From NCBI GenBank assembly GCA_965215195.1, contig CBDCDC010000001.1, positions 608,001 through 672,000 of the forward strand: a DNA stretch of 64,000 bases, in the 5' to 3' direction. The number at the start of each line of letters is the position of its first letter. Position 1 is the first letter of the stretch. The notes under the pieces are model-generated. The model was not told the DNA's origin. It made no database searches and saw only the letters and a list, made by a program, of their open reading frames with translations. The translations under genes and the position numbers were made by a program. This document shows, in pieces, positions 56,000 to 64,000 of this stretch. The stretch is from Candidatus Latescibacterota bacterium. GTDB lineage: Bacteria; Latescibacterota; UBA2968; UBA8231.

Positions 56000-58504
56000 T
56001 CAGTACGCGCTGGCGACGAGTTTGGTAATCGTCGTTTGCTCGCCTGCGGCATCCACCTCCACGCCGACCCGGCACAAATACAGGCCCGGTGGCATCAGGC
56101 GGCCCCAATCGTCGCGCCCGTCCCAAGCCACACGCTGCACTCCGGCCGCGTGTGCCACCACCGGGGCCATCTGCCGCACGCGCTGGCCGTCTAAGCCATA
56201 CACCTCTAGCACCAACGCCTTGGCACCCTGCACCGCAAATACTGGAAACACCAATTCCACCACGTCGTTGATCCCGTCCCCATTGGGCGTAAACGGGTTT
56301 GACGACGCAGCCACCTCGCCCAACAGGCCGCCGCCCAATGGGGTCAACACCTGCAAACCGCGTCCTGCGCCGGCATCTACCCGCTGCCACACCCGCTCGT
56401 CGCCTTCGCCCAACCCCACCTGCACGGCAAAAGCATTGCTGGCGAGGTAGAGCACCCCCGAAAATTGCAGCGCGACAAGCCCTTCTCCCTCCATCACGGG
56501 CGCGGGTAGCCGCACCCACAGCGAATCGGCCCGGGTCGGCAGCTTGGTCACGGGTACGCGCTCGGCCCCCACAAGCACTTCCTCCAAATCGACCGCCGCC
56601 CCCGCCGGCAACACCACTAGGACCTGATCGAAGCCGCGATTGTCGGCTTGGAACTGCGGCTGCAAAGACAGGGTGAAGACCGTGCGCTCCCCGCGCTGCG
56701 GCGTCTGCCGCGGCTGCACTTGGCCTATAACTTGGCTGGCCAAGGGCCAATCCAGCGCGATGTGCAGCCGGCGCAACAGGGCCGCTTGGCCGGGGTCGCC
56801 CGAGCGCAGCGTGGCTTCCACTATGGCGTAGCGGCGCGGGCTGGGCGAGGCAATCGGCGCGTCCGTGGCCGCGTAGAACGGACTCCAAGGACTCCAATCC
56901 GGGCCGGGAATGATGGTAACGGTCGAATCGCCGCGCTGAAAGCTGAGCAGCTTGCGATATCTGGCCTCGGTCACCTCTTTTCCGGCCGTGGTGAAGTAGT
57001 GGATTTCTTCGTTGAGCTGATTGCCGGTGCGCGTACGAAATTGCACTTGGGTGCCCGGGGGGGCGTCGGCTACCCAGTGAATGGACGACAGAATGCGCGG
57101 GTTGCTGCCCAGCTCCATAGGTGCTGATTGGAGCGTCACCTGCGGGAGAAAGCCGCGCCCGTAGAGCTGGAGCTCGCGAATGCCGGAGTTGGCCCAGTTG
57201 GGGACGATGAGCACACGGTAATCCATCTTGAAGTAGCGCGCCTTGGTGAGCGCAAAGGCATTGTCTTGATAAAAAATGTGGGGGAACAGCCCGCTAAAGC
57301 GGCCCGGCTCTTGGTCGGCGGTTTCCCGCGCGGCCAAGGCAATGTATGCCAAGCTGCCGTCTGGGTTGCGCTGCCCATTCGACAGGTTGATGGCGTAGTT
57401 GGGAAACGCGCCGGTAAAGCCGTGGGCGATGTTTTCGCGGTCAAAGCCGATGACCACTCGGCTGATCCAGAACCAAGTCCCCAAGTCGAAGAGAAGTTCG
57501 CGGTCGAACTCCACGTCAATGTGCTCGCCGCCGCTGACGCCCACTTGCTCGGTCCACACGGTCTTGTAGTCGCCGTCAATGGCCAAGCGTTCGGTCCCGG
57601 TGTTGCTCGTGCCCCCGATCAACCCGCCCCGGCTCAGCGCGCCCAAGCTGATGTTGTCGCCCTCAGTCCACACCTCCACCTCGGCCAGCCGCGGCCGCTC
57701 CCGTCGATAGTACTCAACCGGGCCGGCGCGCGACTCGCCCAGCGCGGCGTGTTGGGCTTGGTCGATCTGCCGCAAAACGCCCGAGGACTCGCGCAAGAAG
57801 TAGAGCACATCGCCGCGCTCTTCCTCTGGCAAGCTGTTCCAGCGGGCTTCGCTGACTTGGTGCCCTTGGCCGCGCGCACTGGCCGTAGCCACGATCTGGA
57901 CGAACTGGAACATGTCGCCGACAAACCCGGCGTCCGCTTCCTGCGAGGGCTTCAGATCAAACTCAAAGACGCGCTGGGTTTTGTTCAAGCCCTCGCTGCG
58001 GCCGGCTTGGGCGAAGCGGAGCGCCTTGCTCTGGGAGAAAGCCGGGAGCCCGTTGGACGTGAGCACCTTGAACTGGAGGAAGGGGTCGCCCATGCCTTCC
58101 GGGGCGAATTTCACCACGATTTTGCGCGCCCACACCAAGCGGCCCAAGTCGATCTCAACCCACCAATCGCGCAGGGGCGCGTCCAAGTCCGGCTCCCAGA
58201 AGGTATCCTCTTGGCCGTCTATAACGTGCGCGGCTTCGGCCCAGTTGACGCCCGCCGCCCGCACCCCGCCCGGCACGTCTTCGCCGTACGCAAAGTTTGG
58301 GGCGTCTAGCGCGGCGTTGATTTGCGCGCGGATGCGGTGCGGCCGCACCCCTTGCGGGCCGAATTGCACCGTGCCCGCGGCCACCTCCCATTCCGCCCAG
58401 TCGCCCTCGTCAACGGCGACTCGATCCGATTCGAGGCGGTATCCTTGGGGCCGCGCCGCAGCCGCGATCAGCAGGGCGCAAGCAACGAGCCACAACCGCG
58501 TCAC
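56000..58504 (-). CDS. Large secreted protein with FlgD/CHU_C-like tail (paralog of 45574-48051)
   Basis: Colinear similarity over its full length; GTGA overlap with the upstream gene. Confidence 0.8.
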   Translation of the reverse strand: MTRLWLVACALLIAAAARPQGYRLESDRVAVDEGDWAEWEVAAGTVQFGPQGVRPHRIRAQINAALDAPNFAYGEDVPGGVRAAGVNWAEAAHVIDGQEDTFWEPDLDAPLRDWWVEIDLGRLVWARKIVVKFAPEGMGDPFLQFKVLTSNGLPAFSQSKALRFAQAGRSEGLNKTQRVFEFDLKPSQEADAGFVGDMFQFVQIVATASARGQGHQVSEARWNSLPEEERGDVLYFLRESSGVLRQIDQAQHAALGESRAGPVEYYRRERPRLAEVEVWTEGDNISLGALSRGGLIGGTSNTGTERLAIDGDYKTVWTEQVGVSGGEHIDVEFDRELLFDLGTWFWISRVVIGFDRENIAHGFTGAFPNYAINLSNGQRNPDGSLAYIALAARETADQEPGRFSGLFPHIFYQDNAFALTKARYFKMDYRVLIVPNWANSGIRELQLYGRGFLPQVTLQSAPMELGSNPRILSSIHWVADAPPGTQVQFRTRTGNQLNEEIHYFTTAGKEVTEARYRKLLSFQRGDSTVTIIPGPDWSPWSPFYAATDAPIASPSPRRYAIVEATLRSGDPGQAALLRRLHIALDWPLASQVIGQVQPRQTPQRGERTVFTLSLQPQFQADNRGFDQVLVVLPAGAAVDLEEVLVGAERVPVTKLPTRADSLWVRLPAPVMEGEGLVALQFSGVLYLASNAFAVQVGLGEGDERVWQRVDAGAGRGLQVLTPLGGGLLGEVAASSNPFTPNGDGINDVVELVFPVFAVQGAKALVLEVYGLDGQRVRQMAPVVAHAAGVQRVAWDGRDDWGRLMPPGLYLCRVGVEVDAAGEQTTITKLVASAY

Positions 58505-59214
58505 GCGCGCTTTTCCTCCCTTACCTGCTGGCACGCCGCCATGAATTCCTCGGCCGTGGTCGTATAACCGATCAAATGTTCAAAGTTGCGCAGGGTGATT
58601 CGGTTGATCCAACCGCCTTCCGGCAGGCTGTCGTCTAGCGTGTCTGGCATCTCGATCGTGCCCGGCGCATTTGAACAGTCGCGCAAGAGAATGACGCGGT
58701 AATTCCTCCCTACGGCTTCGGCGCAAGTGTAGTGCAAGCAGGCCCGCCGGCTGTAGCCCACCACGAACAGCGTCTTAATGCCGTAGCTGCGCAAGTGCTG
58801 GTCCAAGAAGGTGTCGTGGAAGCCGCTCCAGATCCACTTGGGGAAATTGCGCTCGCCCTCGCCGGGGGCCACGCAGTCGAGGTATTCGGGTTTGTATTCC
58901 TGCCGCGCCCAGCTCGCAATGCCGTTGCCGCCGCTGCCGCCCTTGGTCTTGCCCCAGATCTCGCCCACGATGTTGCCCGGGTCGGCCACTAGGCGCAGGT
59001 CGTTGTGGACGTAGTTGACCAGCATCCGGCTGCTGCGGGCGGCTTGCAAAGCCGGCGCGATAAAGTCCTTGGTCGTTGGATTGGGCGAGCGCCCATCCAC
59101 ATCCACCAAGAGAAAGGCGCACTCGGCGAACTTCAAGGTCAGGGTCTCGTACCCGTAGTCGTACCCGCCGGGATAATCCTTGTAATAGCGAATGGGAATT
59201 TGAATGTTGGCCAT
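58501..59214 (-). CDS. Isochorismatase/cysteine hydrolase family protein
   Basis: FLLVD, K..WSGF.DT.LD..LR..GI.TL.VVG....C, Y.VILLRDC. Confidence 0.85.
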   Translation of the reverse strand: MANIQIPIRYYKDYPGGYDYGYETLTLKFAECAFLLVDVDGRSPNPTTKDFIAPALQAARSSRMLVNYVHNDLRLVADPGNIVGEIWGKTKGGSGGNGIASWARQEYKPEYLDCVAPGEGERNFPKWIWSGFHDTFLDQHLRSYGIKTLFVVGYSRRACLHYTCAEAVGRNYRVILLRDCSNAPGTIEMPDTLDDSLPEGGWINRITLRNFEHLIGYTTTAEEFMAACQQVREEKRA

Positions 59215-59227
59215 AGAAGCCTCCTTT

Positions 59228-61129
59228 TTAATAGACCACGGCGATGGTCCCCGCTAGCTGATCGCCGCCTTTTTCTGACTCCACTGATATGCGATAAACG
59301 TATAGGCCCGGGGGCACCCGCTCGCCGCTTTCGTCGCGGCCATCCCAAGCAAAGCGCAGGCCGCCGCTGTGCTGCTGCCCGTCGTGGATCACCCGCAGCG
59401 AGCGGCCAGACAGGTCGAAGACCGCAAGGCGCAAGGGCACTTCTTGGGTCACCTGCAACAGCTTAAAAGAGAAGTGGATCTGCTCGTTTACTCCGTCGCC
59501 ATTGGGGGTAGCAATCCTCGGCTGCACCGCTAGATCGTCCAGCAGGCGACGAGAAATTGAGGTGCGCACCGTGAGCACCTCGCTCGCTATCTCAGTGGCC
59601 GCATTGCCGCGATTGATGGGTTGCGCCAGCTCTAAGGGGCGCTGCGAGTCCCGCACCCAGCCGCGGAAGGTCGTGCCGTAGCGCAGCACTGGAGCGCGAA
59701 AAAACACCTCGATCACCCCGCCGGAATCCCCAGAGGTGCGCGGGGGAAACAAGGCGACCGAAAAGCGCAGCGAATCCGGCTCAATGTGAACGGCGAAGCT
59801 GTCCAAGCCGGTGGCCTGCACCGAATCCACGCTGGCCACGCCAAAGGGCGCGGCGATTTCCACCGCGTCAAAACCCGAATGCTGGGCGCGGATGATGGGC
59901 TGGAGGGCATACCTGAACGACGCGATCTCGCCCAAGGCGACCTCCGGGGGATGTATTTCGCCCAGCACCTCCTCGGCGAGGGGTGGCTTGGTGGCCGAGA
60001 ATTCAATGAACTCTAGCGCGCCGCCCTCGCTGCCTACGGGCAAAAAATCGACCCGCACTTGAAAAACCGAATTGGGGCCGGGCGAGACTATGGGGGTGCC
60101 GCTGCTGTCGGCGAAAGTGTATGGCGACGACCAGAAGCTCCAGTTGTCAAGGTCGTAGGTGATTTCGCCGGCCTCGCCCGGTTTGAGAAAGAGGTAGTCC
60201 GCCGCGTCGAGGGGCTGGCCGGCTTCGTCGAGCGATGTTACTTCATCGCCCCGGCCGGTGAAGCGCCAATACACGTTTGGATCGAGATCCTGCCCGGCGC
60301 GCGATTGGATCCAGACGCGGGCGCGGGGATCTTGGCGGCCGCGCCAGCGCATGTTGCCCCACACGGCCGGCTCGCCGAGGTCGATAAACGGGCCGACGTA
60401 CGATGCTTGGTGCGCGTACCCTACGCCATAGACCTCTACTTCGCCGATGCGCAGGGCCTTGGGCGATGCGCGGTAGAGCAACAGGCCCACGCTGCGAGCG
60501 AGGGCCGGGGGAAAGCGCACGTCTATGGTGTCCTGCACGTTTTCGGGTAGCTCAAAGACGAGCTGGCCGCCGATGCGGGCGGCGCCATACCCGGATACGT
60601 TGTCCTTCTTCTGCACGCCTAGGTCGGCGGTGACGTCCAGCTTGTCGGGATACAGGCCGCTCTCGGCCGCGACGATCCGCACCCTGTTCACAAAAAACAG
60701 GCCGCCGAGGTCCATGGTGACGCGCCGCGTCTCCAAGTAGCGCTGGCCGGTGAACCGGCTCTGAATGCCCTCCACCCATTCCCAGAACGTCGCGGGATCG
60801 GCGTCGATCATGTTCTTGGAGAGATCCGTGATGGAATAGCTCGCTACCCCGCTCACCCGCACGTAAGGTCCCCCGCGCCGATCGGCGCTGGTGAGGGCGA
60901 TATTGGTCGCTGGCGTCAAAAAGATCGGCCGCAGCGTTCCGCTGGCGAGGGCCTCGGCGTCGAGACTTTGCTCCTCCTCAAAGTCGCTCCAAGACAGTTG
61001 ATGGAAGTTCACCCCGGCCTCGCTCGGGCGGGGCACATCCTCGCCGCCGATGCGGTAAATCTCCACGGCCCCGCCCCTTTCTAGGGCGAGTGCTGCGAGC
61101 ACGAGGACCAGTAGCGTCCTTTTTCTCAT
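59228..61129 (-). CDS. Secreted protein with FlgD/CHU_C-like tail (more distant paralog)
   Basis: Signal peptide; MDLGG, WSFWSSPY, TPNGDGVNE, WDGRD, PPGLY. Confidence 0.8.
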   Translation of the reverse strand: MRKRTLLVLVLAALALERGGAVEIYRIGGEDVPRPSEAGVNFHQLSWSDFEEEQSLDAEALASGTLRPIFLTPATNIALTSADRRGGPYVRVSGVASYSITDLSKNMIDADPATFWEWVEGIQSRFTGQRYLETRRVTMDLGGLFFVNRVRIVAAESGLYPDKLDVTADLGVQKKDNVSGYGAARIGGQLVFELPENVQDTIDVRFPPALARSVGLLLYRASPKALRIGEVEVYGVGYAHQASYVGPFIDLGEPAVWGNMRWRGRQDPRARVWIQSRAGQDLDPNVYWRFTGRGDEVTSLDEAGQPLDAADYLFLKPGEAGEITYDLDNWSFWSSPYTFADSSGTPIVSPGPNSVFQVRVDFLPVGSEGGALEFIEFSATKPPLAEEVLGEIHPPEVALGEIASFRYALQPIIRAQHSGFDAVEIAAPFGVASVDSVQATGLDSFAVHIEPDSLRFSVALFPPRTSGDSGGVIEVFFRAPVLRYGTTFRGWVRDSQRPLELAQPINRGNAATEIASEVLTVRTSISRRLLDDLAVQPRIATPNGDGVNEQIHFSFKLLQVTQEVPLRLAVFDLSGRSLRVIHDGQQHSGGLRFAWDGRDESGERVPPGLYVYRISVESEKGGDQLAGTIAVVY

Positions 61130-61141
61130 GGCGTCGGCCCC

Positions 61142-63838
61142 TTAGTCGAGCCCGGCATAGACCGTCACAAACTGGGATGCGCCGGTAAAAGCATCCTCGC
61201 CCTTGCGGTCGATGCGGCTGACGCGCAGGCCCATCTGGGTGGTCAAGCTGTACCCTAAATACGCGCCGGTATTGGAGTATTGGACGGCGAGAACCGTCTC
61301 TCGGTAATCTGGCGGCAGGCCCAAGACGCGCACTTTTTTTGCGTCTTCGAGCTGGCTGAATAGGGTGTACTCCAACCCGGCCCTCAGCTCGGAGCGGGTC
61401 AAAATTGCGACCTCGCCGATCAAGAACAAGAGCAGGGCGTTTTCCTTGCGCACGGGATCGTTGCTCAGCAGCGGCGCTTCGCGGCGGTGTTCGTTCTTGA
61501 TCTTGGGGGCCAGCACCACGCGGCCGAGTGTGCGCCGGTACTCGGCCTTGTTGATCAGGCCGAAGAACTGGAAGTTTTCGCGCACGTCCGGCTGCCGGTC
61601 GTTTTGGTGCCAGATGTCGTATTTCAGCTTGTTGGTAAAGGTCAGGCCGGGTATAGCGGTGTAATCGAAACGGACAAAGGCCGAATTGATATAGGTATTG
61701 AGCGCGGCCAAGGGGTCTTCTATGCGCTGCAACGCGCCCGGGGCACCGGTCGGCTGCACCCACTGGACGACGTTGTCGGCGATCTCGTCCTCGACGCGCT
61801 TGAACATGTCGAAGACGCGGAGCCGACCCACGCCGGCTATGTCCTTGTCCCAAGTGACAACGCCGTACGCGGTTTTTTCGCGCTTCTTGGCCGAGAGCAT
61901 CCGCTCCTGTTTGTAGCCGGCGGTCAGCCGCATCGCGGGCGCGAGGTGCATCCCGACATAAGCATTGTACCCGCGGCGGTTGCGGTCATACGGATAATCC
62001 GGGTCTTCGTCGTTTTCAAAGCGATCGATCCAGAAGTTGTTGTTCATGTCCATGCCAAACAAAAACTCCGGGCGATCTACGTGATAGCGCAGAAAAGGCT
62101 CCTCGTAGTCCGGGACGAAGTTCGGCCGGAACTCGTTGTCGTTTTGGTTGAAATCAGAGATGAAGTCGAGGTTTTCGTCCCACCCGGGGAAAATCCGCAA
62201 ATCCGGCCCGAACTGGTTGAGGCGCAGCCAGTCGGGGATGCGGTCTTGATCGTCGTTGTCGTCGACAAACTCGTAGAAATTGGTCGTTGGATCGGTGTAG
62301 TCGATGTCGCCCGAAGGCGAGGCAATCAGGCTGGTGGTGCCGTAGTTGTAATCCATGCTATAGGTCTCGGCAAAGAGGAAATAGGGATAGCTCTTCTTCG
62401 ATAGATTGACCATATAGGCATTGGCTTGATCCGCAGCCGTGTGGTGGGTTGCAAATGCGCGGTTCGGGTACTTGCGATAGTGCCGGCTGCGGTCGAATTC
62501 CGCGTACAGATCAAAACCCAACACGCCCCGCGCCTCCAAGGTAAATCCATAGATGTCGTTCCCGGTGGGCAGGCCGTAGTCGAGGCGCAACAATCCCAAG
62601 TTGGACCCGTCCTGTACGTTGCCAGCCGCCCGCTTCATCGTCAGAAAAACGGGCTGGCCTTCGGGTATGTTGAGCTGGCGGTCCGAGCTCATCTCAATGT
62701 GGTAGTCGTTGGCTACCACCAACTCGATCTGGGCACGGCGAATGGTCGAAAGCTCCGGGCCGGTGTACGACGGGGAGCGAAAGTCGTAGGTCATTTCGAT
62801 GCGCTCGTCGCCATCGGCCGCGAGGAATCCGAGGCGTTGTAAGCCGCCATCGATGATCGGCTCAAAGCCGATTTGGCTGCCCCGCACCGTCTCCTTCTCG
62901 ACCTCGACGACGCGCTCGCCGGCTTCTGTTTCGCGCGCCACCTCGGTCTCGGATTCAATGATGATGTCCCACGAAAACAGGGCCGCCCCGCCCTCTCGGT
63001 CTTCGGGCGAATCATCGCTCAGGCGGACGAAAATTTGCCCGACGTGCTCTAGATTTTGCCCCACCGTCAGGGAGCCGGTCCACGGGTTGCCCTCAAAGCT
63101 CTCCAGCAGGGTTTGCGAGTTGTGCGCGTTGATGTAGAGGCCGCCCACCTCGACAAAGTCGCCGATCTGGGTCGTGCCGTAGAAGCCCAACAAATTGGTG
63201 CTATTGGTGGTTTCAACCGACACGCTCCGCGCCAGCCCCGGGGAGCTAATCCGCGACATCAAGAAGGTCAGGCTGTATTTGTCGGACTGGAAATCGGCTT
63301 GGATGCCGTCGAAGGCCGGCTTGGAAAACGTCATCGGCGTCAGGGTAGTGCGGATTTTGCTGCCGATGGTCAGGGCCAAGTTGTTTTGCCCCTTTTGGTC
63401 GGAGGCAATGACCAGCTCGTTGAACCACGCGCTGAACCTAGAGGTCTTGAATACCGTGCTGCCAAATTGCTGGGGCTGGTTTTGGCTCCAGTCGTAGATG
63501 AGCCAGCCGCGGTTAATAAAAGAGCCATAGAGATCGTAAAAATAATCGCCCTCTATGTCGCTGGAGACGTAGCGCTGGTACAGGTCGCGAGCGTAGTTGG
63601 TGTATTCCCACTGCTTCCAGCCGTAGAGCTGGTATAGCTCTTGGGGCGCGTACCAACGCCGCACGGCCGGGTCTAAGGCGTCGAAGAGCACCCCCGGCCC
63701 GATGGGTTCATACGAGACCTCGCCGCCCCGCTGCACCCCCAACCTACTGCCGTAGTCTTCCCTTCCCTGCGCGCCAATATCGCCGCCCGTCGCCGCGGCC
63801 ATCAGGGCTGTGAGCAAAAGCAAATTCCGTCTGGGCAC
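61142..63838 (-). CDS. Large exported protein, probable outer-membrane protein with Asp-rich Ca-binding-like loops
   Basis: GTG after AAGGAG; signal peptide; DDNDDQDRIPD and DMNNNFWID loops; alternating beta-strand pattern at the C-terminus ending VTVYAGLD. Confidence 0.65.
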   Translation of the reverse strand: MPRRNLLLLTALMAAATGGDIGAQGREDYGSRLGVQRGGEVSYEPIGPGVLFDALDPAVRRWYAPQELYQLYGWKQWEYTNYARDLYQRYVSSDIEGDYFYDLYGSFINRGWLIYDWSQNQPQQFGSTVFKTSRFSAWFNELVIASDQKGQNNLALTIGSKIRTTLTPMTFSKPAFDGIQADFQSDKYSLTFLMSRISSPGLARSVSVETTNSTNLLGFYGTTQIGDFVEVGGLYINAHNSQTLLESFEGNPWTGSLTVGQNLEHVGQIFVRLSDDSPEDREGGAALFSWDIIIESETEVARETEAGERVVEVEKETVRGSQIGFEPIIDGGLQRLGFLAADGDERIEMTYDFRSPSYTGPELSTIRRAQIELVVANDYHIEMSSDRQLNIPEGQPVFLTMKRAAGNVQDGSNLGLLRLDYGLPTGNDIYGFTLEARGVLGFDLYAEFDRSRHYRKYPNRAFATHHTAADQANAYMVNLSKKSYPYFLFAETYSMDYNYGTTSLIASPSGDIDYTDPTTNFYEFVDDNDDQDRIPDWLRLNQFGPDLRIFPGWDENLDFISDFNQNDNEFRPNFVPDYEEPFLRYHVDRPEFLFGMDMNNNFWIDRFENDEDPDYPYDRNRRGYNAYVGMHLAPAMRLTAGYKQERMLSAKKREKTAYGVVTWDKDIAGVGRLRVFDMFKRVEDEIADNVVQWVQPTGAPGALQRIEDPLAALNTYINSAFVRFDYTAIPGLTFTNKLKYDIWHQNDRQPDVRENFQFFGLINKAEYRRTLGRVVLAPKIKNEHRREAPLLSNDPVRKENALLLFLIGEVAILTRSELRAGLEYTLFSQLEDAKKVRVLGLPPDYRETVLAVQYSNTGAYLGYSLTTQMGLRVSRIDRKGEDAFTGASQFVTVYAGLD

Positions 63839-64000
63839 ACAATACTCCTTTTCAATAGGCGATGGCCACCGCGCTGCTGCTGCGCTCGGCACCGCTATCG
63901 GTCTCCACTTCAACTTGCAGGATGTAAACCCCTGGCAGCAATAGCTCGCCCTGTGCATCTCGGCCATCCCAAGGAAGCTGGAACCGCCCGCTCGACCGGC

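Noticed and set aside
45574-58504. Diversity-generating retroelement among the paralogous repeats
   Set aside because: No reverse transcriptase in the window, and the differences are not visibly adenine-specific.

Overview
GC-rich bacterial chromosome segment. Its gene content (FlgD/CHU_C-tail proteins, DUF6785, CRTAC1, sulfatase, PhyH) suggests an FCB-group lineage such as Latescibacterota; this is inference. Housekeeping genes (purL, lnt-tatC, radC, murD, argC, tatD, dut, xdh/cox-like MSL) are mixed with accessory DNA. Main points: (1) a ~12 kb AT-richer island between duplicated manC remnants carries a four-gene membrane operon (4TM coiled-coil protein, vWA-like protein, MotA/ZorA-like and MotB/ZorB-like proteins) and a three-dynamin operon, and both operons share the same ~85 bp leader, making it a candidate undescribed envelope defence system; (2) a DUF5069-like gene missed by the ORF track has an in-frame UGA at the expected Cys position plus a SECIS-like hairpin (candidate selenoprotein), and is coupled to a degenerate kinase and a flavin reductase; (3) an in-frame Lnt-TatC fusion; (4) a small islet with a frameshifted UDG-like gene and a Panacea/2TM toxin-antitoxin pair; (5) a cluster of paralogous secreted FlgD/CHU_C-tail proteins with a ~900 aa probable outer-membrane protein and a DUF6785 transporter. 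All family assignments come from motif recognition by eye; no database searches were run.
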